Assembly (NCBI GenBank): GCA_000004985.1 | Contig: GG738869.1 | Direction: 5' to 3' (one strand) | DNA: 64,000 nucleotides | Source: Naegleria gruberi | Lineage: Eukaryota | Shown: piece after piece, positions 34,828 through 45,354 of the stretch | Layout of the letters: each line of letters starts with the position of its first letter | Numbering within the stretch: position 1 is the first letter of the stretch | Made by a program: the position numbers and the translations under genes | Notes under the pieces: model-generated | The model's database searches: none | Seen by the model: only the letters and a program-made list of their open reading frames with translations | Told to the model about the DNA's origin: nothing

Positions 34828-37134
34828 TTATTTTCTTTTCCAGCGGGATTCAGGTACTGGTTTTTTGGATGTTAATTCCTCTCTTACTGTCAATTTAAAC
34901 TTCTTGATAAATAATAAAATTGTTGGAATATTGTTGGATTGCAAAACTGAAAGTAAAATTTCGAATGGAGAATCTCCATTATCATTCTTCTTGTTGATCA
35001 CTTCAGGAATTCTAGAAAGAACAGAGAGAAATAATGGTACTGATTCTGAATTGCTACAAAACATGGCAATAATGTGGAAAATTGTGTTTCCTTCAAAGTG
35101 TTGAGTTTCAAATAATGAATAATCTTCCATTTCCATTTGCAATAAAAATACATTCAATAGAGAGGGTACCACTTTCAATACTTGTATAAACAGTGGTAGG
35201 GATGTTTCAAAAGTGCTGTTTGATCTTTGTATTGTAAAGGGATATTGCTGAGAAAGTATTTGATAAAGTTGTTTAGGATTTTCCACAAGCATTTCAATAA
35301 CCTTGCTCGTCATCAATTCATGAGAAGTGTTGTTTAACGATTCATTGAGTAAGAATGAATAAAAGTCATCATTTGATAGAGAATGAGAAATTCTTGTGAA
35401 TACTTCTACTGAAACATTGGAAAAGAATGGAATTTCTTTCAATTGATTAGTAAAATCCCAGCCATATGAAATTGCATCATCTACAAGAAATTTGCATGGA
35501 ACGGATATTCTGAATAATCTTCCTTTTTGATACTTGTTTGAAAGGTAAACTAAATATTGAAAGCTTGTTGAATCAAAATTTGGATATTCTAATATCTCAA
35601 TAGGAAAATTACATTTGACGAAGAGATAATCAAAGAAATCTTTTCTCCAACTCTTTTCAAAATTTGGTAAAGAAGCAACATTTGCAGTTTCCCATAACAA
35701 CATTCCAAAACATGTTAAATGCTCATCAATCATTTTGCGAGCTTGTGAGAAATCAGTGTAAATATTGAGCTCATAACTTGAATCAATAACTGGTTTTCTA
35801 TTTGGTGCATTATAAATATCAAACTTATTTACACTAAAAGATTCTAAGATTCTGTTAATGCTACTATCACCAAAAACAATCAAGTGTTCTATGCTCAATT
35901 TGGCTCTATTCTTTGCATTTGTAGATGAGGGATAGATGTTCTGCTGTTCACCATGGCATAAAATCACTGTTTTCAATTGCTTACAAACTTTGACTATTTG
36001 GTATATAATTTCAGGGCAAAACACAATCTTCTTGATAGTTGAATTTTCTCCCACAAAGGCTGACAAAAATTCATTACTAAATGTTGTACGTTCCATACTA
36101 AAACGTCTCATTGTTTTGGACTTACAAGCAGCCAACCAAATATTATTTGTGGAATAAGGTGTGCTAGAATTGCTACCAGAAAAGGTGGCATTCTCAATGG
36201 AAAAATCTTGCTCTTCTGTTGATGATGTTTGAGCTCCACTACCTGAACTTGTACCAAAACTAAAACCACCTGAAGAGGTAATACTACTCCCACCAAAACT
36301 AAAACCACCTGAGGAGGTATCGTCTCTACCAATACTACTCCTTCTAACTCTAACTGGTCTAGCCTGTGGCGAGGTTGCTCCACTAGTTTCATTAAGTGAA
36401 GGTTTCACATTCGAGGTATCTATCTTTGAAAAGTTATTTTCAAATGTAAATTCATCTGTGTTTGAAGATTCACTTGCAACATATTTCACATCTTGATATA
36501 AATATAATGAATCAGAACTTTTGCCAGATAAGGAATATTTGGTTTGCTCTCTTAGTAAGGTGTAGATATATTTGAGATCTGTTGTATCTGAAATCAATAG
36601 ACTTTCGATAGTCAAAAGTTTCTTCATCATTCTACCGTTGAAATGCTTTGAGATAATTCTCATCTTGTGGAAAGTAACAAAACTTGAATCTATTCTAAAT
36701 GAATTTGTTCTTTCGATAGGATGTGGAAATTTAATGGATGCTAAACGATCCTCATCTTTTCTGATCGATTTATATTTGGAAAAAGTTGGAATGAATTCAA
36801 TAATTTCATAACAAATATTCATATCTAATAGTTGTAATAATTTTACATCAATTTCTTCATTATGATCGATTTGTGGATTTTCTATGGCTTTCTCCTGATC
36901 AGTACGAATCCACTCTTTTACAGTAGAACAGCATGCTACATATTGATCATTGATCAATTGATCAACAAGACTTTTATCCGAAACAAACTTTGGGGTTAAA
37001 GAAAAATCGTCAGAAATCCTGTTCAACTTGGTGCTAACAACATCTGCAACACTTGCTCGAGTGTTTTGTACTGGATTGCGAATAATTCTCATTATGCTGC
37101 ACTTTTTTTGATGATTTTTTCTTGTTCGTACCAA
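34828..37134 (-). CDS. Hypothetical 768-aa protein with a short Gly/Ser-rich FG-repeat stretch (GGFSFGGSS...GGFSFGTSS) and C-terminal ankyrin-like repeats.
   Basis: Single long ORF. FG-type repeats and an ANK-like NDNGDSPFEILL motif are seen in the translation. No catalytic motifs. Confidence 0.5.
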   Translation of the reverse strand: MVRTRKNHQKKCSIMRIIRNPVQNTRASVADVVSTKLNRISDDFSLTPKFVSDKSLVDQLINDQYVACCSTVKEWIRTDQEKAIENPQIDHNEEIDVKLLQLLDMNICYEIIEFIPTFSKYKSIRKDEDRLASIKFPHPIERTNSFRIDSSFVTFHKMRIISKHFNGRMMKKLLTIESLLISDTTDLKYIYTLLREQTKYSLSGKSSDSLYLYQDVKYVASESSNTDEFTFENNFSKIDTSNVKPSLNETSGATSPQARPVRVRRSSIGRDDTSSGGFSFGGSSITSSGGFSFGTSSGSGAQTSSTEEQDFSIENATFSGSNSSTPYSTNNIWLAACKSKTMRRFSMERTTFSNEFLSAFVGENSTIKKIVFCPEIIYQIVKVCKQLKTVILCHGEQQNIYPSSTNAKNRAKLSIEHLIVFGDSSINRILESFSVNKFDIYNAPNRKPVIDSSYELNIYTDFSQARKMIDEHLTCFGMLLWETANVASLPNFEKSWRKDFFDYLFVKCNFPIEILEYPNFDSTSFQYLVYLSNKYQKGRLFRISVPCKFLVDDAISYGWDFTNQLKEIPFFSNVSVEVFTRISHSLSNDDFYSFLLNESLNNTSHELMTSKVIEMLVENPKQLYQILSQQYPFTIQRSNSTFETSLPLFIQVLKVVPSLLNVFLLQMEMEDYSLFETQHFEGNTIFHIIAMFCSNSESVPLFLSVLSRIPEVINKKNDNGDSPFEILLSVLQSNNIPTILLFIKKFKLTVREELTSKKPVPESRWKRK

Positions 37135-37183
37135 CTTCGTTTCAACAGTTTACAATGAAAAACCAATGTGTTTATTGAATGAA

Positions 37184-38410
37184 CTAGTCCACTTCTGGTA
37201 CTTCCTCTTTTTCTTCTTGTTTCTGTGTGTCTGATTCAGTATCTTCATATTGCTCTTCGTTATTTTCATCCTTGTTGGTTTCTTCCTTTTTACTTTCTGG
37301 CGTTTCATGCTTACTGATTTGGATACCAGCCATAAGCTTACTAATATCACTCATCATAGGCATTTGCATAGCTGTTTGAGGTGGGATGTTCATTTGTGGT
37401 GGAGGTGTACCACTAGGTATCGTTGGTTGTCTGAACATTGCAAATGGATTTCCTTGCATTCCTTGTAAGAATGGTGAAGCAAATCTTCCAACTTCTCCCA
37501 TCATTCTATTCATCATTCTTTCTTCCCAATGTTTCATTCTTTCATCAACACATTCATTAATATAATTCTTCAAATCTTCCTTGGATTTAAATTCATTCAA
37601 GAGTATTGGATTTTCTGGAATATCGTTCAATGTTTCCATTTTAGGAGGTAAAGTTGGTTTAGGCATTTCTTGTTCAACCTTCCTCTCGGAAGCCACATTA
37701 TCAATGGTTTTTGTGATTGGCATTATTTGACCTACTATCATACTCATTTGCTTAGCTGTTGGATTATTCATTCCATTCATTAAATTCATTAACATTCTAG
37801 GATCGCTCATTAGTGCACTCATAGCTCCAGAAAATTGTTTCGATTCAGTTTCTCCTCCCATTGCTATCGACTGATTTTGATTCAATAATTTTTCTCCCCT
37901 TCTTTTACCATGAAAAATTATAGCAGAGACACAAATTTTTGTCTGTTTAGCAATTCTATCAGGATAATCCAATGATAAGAATTTCAAAGTAAAATTTGAA
38001 TGTCTCTGAATCTTCCTCTCACTCTGATTACTATCCAAACATACACAATTATACTGATAGGCATTATCCTCTCCAATCTTTTCAGTAAATCTACAAGTTT
38101 GTCCATATTCCTTTTCCTTAGAAGTATACAATTCCACAGTCCTAGCAGTACTAAAAATATCAATACTCGTCCATTCAATCATATAATCAAATTCTATCGT
38201 CAATTCAAAATACTTTTCATCATCAACTTTTTCAAAAACAACAAAGCCTCTCTTTTCTTGATTTTTTTCATAATCTTCAATATCATCGGTATGAATTAAT
38301 TTTCCAAATAATTCTGTAGGCTCGGAAGAAAATTGCCAATTTGCCTTCACATTCGGAAGAGAAGGAGGAGGGCAGACTAACGGTTCACCATCATTTGCAT
38401 TTTCTGTCAT
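37184..38410 (-). CDS. Hypothetical 408-aa protein. N-terminal globular domain, Met/Gln-rich central region (MSALMSDPRMLMNLMNGMNN...), acidic C-terminus.
   Basis: Single ORF. It starts only about 50 bp downstream of the stop of the gene at 34828..37134 on the same strand. Confidence 0.45.
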   Translation of the reverse strand: MTENANDGEPLVCPPPSLPNVKANWQFSSEPTELFGKLIHTDDIEDYEKNQEKRGFVVFEKVDDEKYFELTIEFDYMIEWTSIDIFSTARTVELYTSKEKEYGQTCRFTEKIGEDNAYQYNCVCLDSNQSERKIQRHSNFTLKFLSLDYPDRIAKQTKICVSAIIFHGKRRGEKLLNQNQSIAMGGETESKQFSGAMSALMSDPRMLMNLMNGMNNPTAKQMSMIVGQIMPITKTIDNVASERKVEQEMPKPTLPPKMETLNDIPENPILLNEFKSKEDLKNYINECVDERMKHWEERMMNRMMGEVGRFASPFLQGMQGNPFAMFRQPTIPSGTPPPQMNIPPQTAMQMPMMSDISKLMAGIQISKHETPESKKEETNKDENNEEQYEDTESDTQKQEEKEEVPEVD

Positions 38411-38687
38411 TTTTTTTTAATAATAATAATATATTAATATTAATTCGATATATTTAATTAAGATTATTAATGGATACTGGGAGGTACATGTAAATTATAA
38501 TTATTATTACATCTTATTCTTTTTTAATTCAAATATAATGAGGTTACATCGACCAAAATCTCACAAATTCAATCAACGAATTTCCATAATGTTCCAGCGA
38601 CATTTGAAGTCTTGATTACAATTTCCATTCCGTTTATTGTCATCTTCCAAATTGAAACTCCAACGTTCTGCAGCATACTACAAAAAA

Positions 38688-40304
38688 ATGGGTCAAGGAC
38701 AAGGTCTATCCGCCTCTGATTCTGATGTTCTATTCGAAGAATCTGAATCACAAGAACAACAATATCAGAAAGTAATCTCTGCACAAGAGATGGCAAAATA
38801 TGTACGTACAATGTGTTATGTTCTATATCTCTCTAATTATAATTTATATTACGATATAGCAAAAAGTGATCAAGTCAAAATTGTCGGAATTAACTTGTTT
38901 CGGTAGCATTCCACCACTTGTTTTGAATGATTTGCTTTCGAATCTATTCCTGAAAGACTCTATAAAAAAGTATTACCTCTCATCTACACCTGAAGGTACC
39001 ATTGAATATGTAGGTTTTATTGTCATCATTTCCAAATATTTATTAATGTATATTACATGAAAATAACAAAATGATGATAATAATTGTGTGTTTTATTCCG
39101 ACTGATTATGATGATGCTCATTACGATGATTAAATGGAACTTGACTGGCGTACAATGATGTTCTTCAAAAATGACGTACGACACGCTATTTTGGATCATG
39201 ATTTGATGTGGAAATTTTTAATGCGGCTATTTGGAATCAAACTATTTGGCTATTATTCTAAACTACGTGAAATAATCAAATAGTTGGGAAGTTTGTTGAC
39301 AATTTACGAAACCAACGATAAAAATCAACACAATTTCTATCGTAATGTAAAATTGAATCAATATGTGACGGAAATGAATGAAAGGCAAAAGATTCCACAC
39401 GATAAAATTTTAAAAGTGAGATTAGTTTTGATTCAGACACCCAAAGACTATTCTACTTTGAATTTATTTGATTTACTTTCACCAGTTTTGGATAATTTTT
39501 CAGGGCTCTCTCCATCCCAAGCTTTTAATTTAGCCAATAATGAGGAAAATTTTGAAAATCAACCAATTACAGATGTTCAATTAACACCTGCAATTGCTAT
39601 TGGACCATTTTTGTTATATTATAATTCATTAGGTAAGTTTCAGTTGAATTCAAACTAATAGTTTGTTATTAATAGGTCTTGTAATTCCTAAAAGAGTTGT
39701 TGGCGAAGCATCATTTATTCTTTCAGAAATTGATCCATTTGCTTGTATATATTTAAATGATGAAACTCTCCATCGGTTGTCAACCATAGTTTTTGATTGG
39801 AATATCACTGCGAGATACTCTGTACAAACCAATAATTCACAACATTTTGTTGATTCACTGGCTACTCTATTCAAAATTTCATTGGTTGATAATCCAACAC
39901 TTGCTGAATATTTAAAATCTGTGAGATCGAACGGAATTGGTGATTGCACAATACCTTTCTCTGAAGCATTTAGGGAACAGTTCAAAGTTAAGAAAACTGA
40001 AAAAACATTCACAGATAGAAATGAGCTTTTGACTTTTACTTCCAAATTGGCTCAACGTAAATTTTCCAAAGAATCATTTCCAAACGAATGGAAATTATTC
40101 CACAATTTTGAAAGAATGTTTTGGAGTGAAATGATCCAGAGAGAGAAATACTATTTACTTGCTCATAAAGCAAAGGAAATCAAACGGAGCAGTGTGGACA
40201 ATCCAACAAGACACTCCATCTCAACCTCGACCATTGAAGAGAATATCTTTGGAGATGGAACCAAACTTTTTGCAAAATTACCAACTGTTCATGATTGGTT
40301 TTAA
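38688..40304 (+). CDS. Four-exon gene of unknown function. Exons 38688..38801, 38860..39009, 39284..39632, 39676..40304; introns 58, 274 and 43 nt. Product begins MGQGQGLSAS.
   Basis: Exons correspond to track ORFs 38637.., 38866.., 39284.. and 39663... Donors GTACGT, GTAGGT, GTAAGT with frame-consistent AG acceptors. No domain recognised. Confidence 0.55.
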
Positions 40305-40478
40305 ATTATAATTTGCTTCATCATACATGTAATAAAAATTTAAGGATCTGTTTGTGATAATGAAATTCAATTCAATCGAGATCTTTAAAGATTCTCATAT
40401 TGAAAAACTTCAAGTTCATGACCTCTACCAAAATAAGAAAATTATTGTAAAATCAACAAGAAAACAAAATTAAAAAAA

Positions 40479-41072
40479 ATGTTCCTCTCTGATGATATTA
40501 TTATCAACATTTTTAAGCCACTCCTAGAATTCTGTCACTTTATTCAGCTCCGAGCTGTTAATTCTCATCTCTGTCGCTTAATTACCTCAAATTTAGAAGA
40601 AAATAATCAAATCATCAAGAAGGGAACACAACTGATCATTTTGAAAGGCAGTTTTAGAATTAGAGGTGATGTATTACTTCCCTTTACTGAAATTTTACGT
40701 AAACAGGAAATCAAATCTCAACACGTGATTGATGAATTCAACAGGAAGGATTATGGAAGATTATTTAAATTTTCTGATTTGGAATATGCTAGAACAAATA
40801 ATGCCTCTTTTAGAACTGAGTCTTTCCTACCACCAAACAATAGAAATTTAATTACTATCAAACATACTATCTCAGATCCTAATGATGATAGTGCTGTATG
40901 TTGTGCTAATTGTAAGATTGATTTGATTTTATCACCAACACAATCGAAAGCATGGAAAGAGGAAAATGGGTGTGTTGTTGGAATGGTTTCGAATGAATAT
41001 TTTGATTTGGTGTGGCATTATGATTTTCTTACTGGAATACGAGTTTATGTAAATATTTGTACAATCATGTAA
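40479..41072 (+). CDS. Small F-box-like protein (197 aa).
   Basis: N-terminal LSDDIIINIFKPLLEFCHFIQLRAVNSHLCRLI matches the F-box hydrophobic pattern. Confidence 0.45.
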   Translation: MFLSDDIIINIFKPLLEFCHFIQLRAVNSHLCRLITSNLEENNQIIKKGTQLIILKGSFRIRGDVLLPFTEILRKQEIKSQHVIDEFNRKDYGRLFKFSDLEYARTNNASFRTESFLPPNNRNLITIKHTISDPNDDSAVCCANCKIDLILSPTQSKAWKEENGCVVGMVSNEYFDLVWHYDFLTGIRVYVNICTIM

Positions 41073-41348
41073 AATAGGATTGAGTTTTGTGATGAAATGA
41101 AGTTCAAGATGGATTTGATAATTCAGCCAAAATGAATTGAGTAACCGAATGAATAGAACTGTTTTTGTATGGCTTTCCTCAATTAACTTGTTTAATTAAT
41201 AGTTTTTCAAATAAATATGAACGTTTATGAAGAAAAGTCTTCTTTCGAATAAGAAACATACTGAAACAGAAAATGGTCGTGTAGTGTACAACATTGGCAA
41301 ATCGTTTGCAATAGCCAAAACAAGCAACATCCACTCATTCCCAGCCAA

Positions 41349-44300
41349 ATGCAAAACGTCAATATTTATTCATCACAAAGAAAATACATGAATCGGCAAC
41401 TTTCCAATAACCAGATCTCTTCAATGAGTCAAGACAAAACCAACAATACATCCACAACAACAGTAGGAGAACCAGCACTTCTGGATTCTTCTCCTCACCA
41501 TCAACAACAACAACTCGAAGAAGAATTAATTCCCTCTTCATCATCGTCAACAACAAGCACAACCCCTCCACTATTACTCTCCAATCATAATCATCAAAAC
41601 AACAAGAAAGAAGAACAATCACTTGTTGCTACCAACTATAACACTCCTATCAATTCATCAACTCCTCTCGAAAATTCTTCTCCTTCCTCCTCTCCAAGCA
41701 CGACAGACGCAACAAAATCTTCTTCATCACCAAGTAATTCTCCCGCCAAACCGAAATTCAATTCAAAGGAAAAAACACCACAAGAAATCTACAGTGAATT
41801 GGCACTTGGTATTGCAGGCTCGAATTTTGGTTATCATCAACAGCAGCAACAACAGCAGGTGGGAAATAATGTGAGGCACTCGATAAGTATTCAACAGACG
41901 ACGAATAGGAGAGGAATAGCCTTTGAGTTGGGACGTGATGATGATGATTGTTCGGAAGGATTTAATAAGAAGGATTTGATGGATAAGGCTGATAAGAGAA
42001 AGAGTATTTCGATTGTTAGTAGTTTGGATATTCAACAGGTAAATCCAATTAGTCTTCATAAGAAGAAGAAGAAAAATTCACCAAGTTCAAAACAACCATC
42101 ATCAAATCATCCTAAAGGAGGATTATTCATGTTTTTCAATAATCCAAGAAATTCAATTACTAAAAGATTCAGAGCAAGTGTATCGGGAAAGGAAATGGAT
42201 GATGATTTAACTAAAATTCAACAGGAAATTAATGATCATGAGAGAAGGAGAACTCTTGGTACTACTTCAGACGAGGAAGTTGACGAAGAAACCAAATCCT
42301 TCTATAACATTATTCGAAATGGTGTTAGAAGAGGTAGTTCGAAACAATTGGAAACTCCTGTGAATTCTGGAAGTTTTATGGTTTTGGATGCCTCTCCTAG
42401 GATTCAGTCCAGTGATGTAACAAGAACTGGACCAATTCAAAATGTGGCCATGTCTTTGTGGACTAAGGTTGACAGTACTATTGCATTTAGATTGATGGAT
42501 TACTGCTCCTTGTTTGAGGTGAGCTCCCTTTCTAGGTTGAATCAAGAATGGCTTTCTTTTGTGAAGGGCTATTTTAGTAACCATTGCGATCCAGAAAATT
42601 TGAGAACTTGCATGTTGCTACTCTACTTTAAGTTGCAAGGTATCTTCTCAAATTTGAGAGCAGAGGTTTCTGCTGAGGACAGACATTTGAAATCAGTGTA
42701 TAGCGTTCTATTAAGTCACAAACATCTTTTGGAGCAATCTTTGACTAATACTTCAAAGAATAGAATTAGTATTACAACATCACGAGAACTTGGACTGGGA
42801 GATTTATTTTTGAACACATACCTGAATAATCTATTCAATATTATTCCAAGAGTTGCATACTATACAGCTAGAAAGAATGAAAGGAAGGTCATTAATTTTA
42901 ACGAAATTCAATATTCCTTAACTGTAGAAATATTTTTAAGAGACGAAACAGTTGTAAATACTCTAGATACGTACGATATTGAAAGATATGTACAAAACTA
43001 TTCAGGATCATTCGCTACTCAGTTAATTGCCACCTCAATGGCCTATTTTTCTGTTTACTATCTTAAAATAGAAAACTATACTCCTGCCACAGAACCTTTT
43101 GAGCTTACTGAATATACTGAAGCAGGCACTCCAGAGGCAAGAAGAGTAACTATTTCTGGTAACACACCAACTCCAAATTCGAAAGCAGGATCGTTTTCCT
43201 CACTCAAAAATCTCAAACTTGAAAGTAATTTTGAAGACACTATTGAAATGTTCAGAAGTCCCCGTACTCCTGCTACACCATCATCCAAAAACAATAGCTT
43301 CATAATGGACAAGGGAGAGTTCTTAATTGCCAAAGGTTCAGGTACAACCAAAAAGAGAAGAGAAAGTTTGGCTAGTGAGACTGGATCGGTCTCCTCCTCA
43401 ATCTCTACTCCTAATATTAATTTTAATTTCATTGAAATTATTCCGAAAGATAGTTCAGAGTTGGGCTATTTATTCCTTCTAGAATTCTTCAAGATTCTTT
43501 CAAAGTATATTAGGAGATTAACATTCAGCCGCAAACCTCATGCATCTGAAAGATTTAGAATGGACTATTTCTCTACAATGTCTCTATCACCTAATTGTGA
43601 GACCTTCTCAGCATTTATGACTAATGAAGAGGATGAATTTAAGAAAAATTCTAAAAAATTCAAAAGTGTTTGCAATGCTATTGCAACCTCAGAGGCACTA
43701 ACATGCTTAGTTATGGGTGGAAAGGAATGGAATCAAGAGGATGTCAACATTCTCTTCAATTCCCTTAGTAGGGCCGGTGATGAAATTAAACGAGATAACT
43801 ACAAAATAGATTTGATTCTTCCATGTTTGCTGGAAATTAGTGAAAGATGCACCAAGCCAAAACTGAGACCATCCATCTTCCTTCCTCCACCAACCAGTGA
43901 GAGTCTTGTCAGCGAAATTAATATTGCAGAAATTCATGAAAGTGTCACATCTCCTAGAATTCAAACAGACAGCATACAACCTTCCTTTGTTGTTTCCTCA
44001 TCTGGAGACTCACAAATTTCAAATGATTTTGATGAAGGTATTGTAAGATGGCCAAAACATTTAAAGCGTGTGTATTTGACAGATATCAATGAAAACTTGA
44101 TATTCCATGAAAGATGGTTGAATGGAAGTCCAGAAATGACTTCACTACATTTTAATTTTTCACTTTCTTCTCCTATTAATTTTGATGCTATTTGCCTTTG
44201 CTCAAATCTCAGATATTTACACATTTCAGATTGTGTATTGGGAAATAATAAGAATACAGCTCTGAATTTAATTAATGCAATCAAGAAATTAGACAAACTA

Positions 44301-44654
44301 GAAAGCCTGTCTTTAGAAAGAGTGATTATGGAAAATAATGCTTGGATACAACTCTTTGATGATGTCTTGACAACTTCTCCTACTCTTAGCTCAATAAGAA
44401 TTGTTGATTCAATTAATCAAACAACAATAGTTTCTTCCTTTGTTCATGCCTCAAAAATTAGAATTGGTCAATTGGATAAAATTGAACTCAAATTGAAAGG
44501 CTTCGGTGAAAAAGACAAGCTACTGATCAACTCACTGATTGAACAATTAATGTTACACGGTAATGCCAAGACTGTTATTGCTGATTGTAAATTCCTAAAT
44601 CCAAATCAATCAGGTGAAAAAGACAAATCCAAGAAATCTTGCATAGTCATGTAA
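41349..44654 (+). CDS. Large (1101 aa) Ser/Gln-rich protein with an internal F-box-like motif (FRLMDYCSLFEVSSLSRLNQEW) and C-terminal leucine-rich repeats. Putative SCF substrate adaptor.
   Basis: Single ORF. Low-complexity N-terminus. LRR-like LxxLxL periodicity in the last about 250 aa. Confidence 0.55.
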   Translation: MQNVNIYSSQRKYMNRQLSNNQISSMSQDKTNNTSTTTVGEPALLDSSPHHQQQQLEEELIPSSSSSTTSTTPPLLLSNHNHQNNKKEEQSLVATNYNTPINSSTPLENSSPSSSPSTTDATKSSSSPSNSPAKPKFNSKEKTPQEIYSELALGIAGSNFGYHQQQQQQQVGNNVRHSISIQQTTNRRGIAFELGRDDDDCSEGFNKKDLMDKADKRKSISIVSSLDIQQVNPISLHKKKKKNSPSSKQPSSNHPKGGLFMFFNNPRNSITKRFRASVSGKEMDDDLTKIQQEINDHERRRTLGTTSDEEVDEETKSFYNIIRNGVRRGSSKQLETPVNSGSFMVLDASPRIQSSDVTRTGPIQNVAMSLWTKVDSTIAFRLMDYCSLFEVSSLSRLNQEWLSFVKGYFSNHCDPENLRTCMLLLYFKLQGIFSNLRAEVSAEDRHLKSVYSVLLSHKHLLEQSLTNTSKNRISITTSRELGLGDLFLNTYLNNLFNIIPRVAYYTARKNERKVINFNEIQYSLTVEIFLRDETVVNTLDTYDIERYVQNYSGSFATQLIATSMAYFSVYYLKIENYTPATEPFELTEYTEAGTPEARRVTISGNTPTPNSKAGSFSSLKNLKLESNFEDTIEMFRSPRTPATPSSKNNSFIMDKGEFLIAKGSGTTKKRRESLASETGSVSSSISTPNINFNFIEIIPKDSSELGYLFLLEFFKILSKYIRRLTFSRKPHASERFRMDYFSTMSLSPNCETFSAFMTNEEDEFKKNSKKFKSVCNAIATSEALTCLVMGGKEWNQEDVNILFNSLSRAGDEIKRDNYKIDLILPCLLEISERCTKPKLRPSIFLPPPTSESLVSEINIAEIHESVTSPRIQTDSIQPSFVVSSSGDSQISNDFDEGIVRWPKHLKRVYLTDINENLIFHERWLNGSPEMTSLHFNFSLSSPINFDAICLCSNLRYLHISDCVLGNNKNTALNLINAIKKLDKLESLSLERVIMENNAWIQLFDDVLTTSPTLSSIRIVDSINQTTIVSSFVHASKIRIGQLDKIELKLKGFGEKDKLLINSLIEQLMLHGNAKTVIADCKFLNPNQSGEKDKSKKSCIVM

Positions 44655-44662
44655 AACATTAA

Positions 44663-45307
44663 TCATTTCATATCAATTCTATTACGCTCTTTTAAATAGT
44701 GATTTTCTGACTTAATTTCTCCACATACTGCAAAACAAGTTGCAAGAATAGCTGTTGAAATTGATCCAATTTCTAACATTGCCAACAAAACTTCATTAGG
44801 CAATTGCTCAGTCATCAAAGTATGAGGAAGTGTTTGAACAAATTCCAGTAAGCTTCTGGAATGATGAATTTGGATTTTAGTCTCATCAAAGAGTAATACA
44901 CCAGCGATTGCAATATTAACCACAACATCCAAACCATTTAAAACACTTGCAATGAAAAAAAGCTTACTTGCTTTTTTGGATTTTTCTGATTTGGATCTTT
45001 GATAATCAGCAAGACAACCTTGTAATGCTAAAATACCGCCAATCAAAGGCACTGATAGAATAATTCCTCGAGCAAATCTACTTGGAATTATCATACCCAT
45101 TCTCCACAATATTCTCAATCCAATAATTTCATACATTGATTCTTTCATTCGATGAAGAGGTTGCTTCTTATTATTTTGTTGATCATTTGTAAAATTAATA
45201 TTGGAAACTGAGAATTTTCTTTCTTTCGGAATCGTCCAGATAGTTAGTGCTGGATTTTTCTTTGAGATTAACCTATTAATAGGTATTAGGCATTTGAGTT
45301 TAATCAT
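44663..45307 (-). CDS. Small multi-pass membrane protein, hypothetical (214 aa).
   Basis: Several hydrophobic helices (IILSVPLIGGILAL, LDVVVNIAIAGVLLF, ISTAILATCFAVCG). Its stop lies only about 9 bp from the stop of the convergent gene at 41349..44654. Confidence 0.45.
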   Translation of the reverse strand: MIKLKCLIPINRLISKKNPALTIWTIPKERKFSVSNINFTNDQQNNKKQPLHRMKESMYEIIGLRILWRMGMIIPSRFARGIILSVPLIGGILALQGCLADYQRSKSEKSKKASKLFFIASVLNGLDVVVNIAIAGVLLFDETKIQIHHSRSLLEFVQTLPHTLMTEQLPNEVLLAMLEIGSISTAILATCFAVCGEIKSENHYLKERNRIDMK

Positions 45308-45354
45308 TTTTTTAATCCAATTAATACACGTTATTACAAATTTACAATTTAAGT

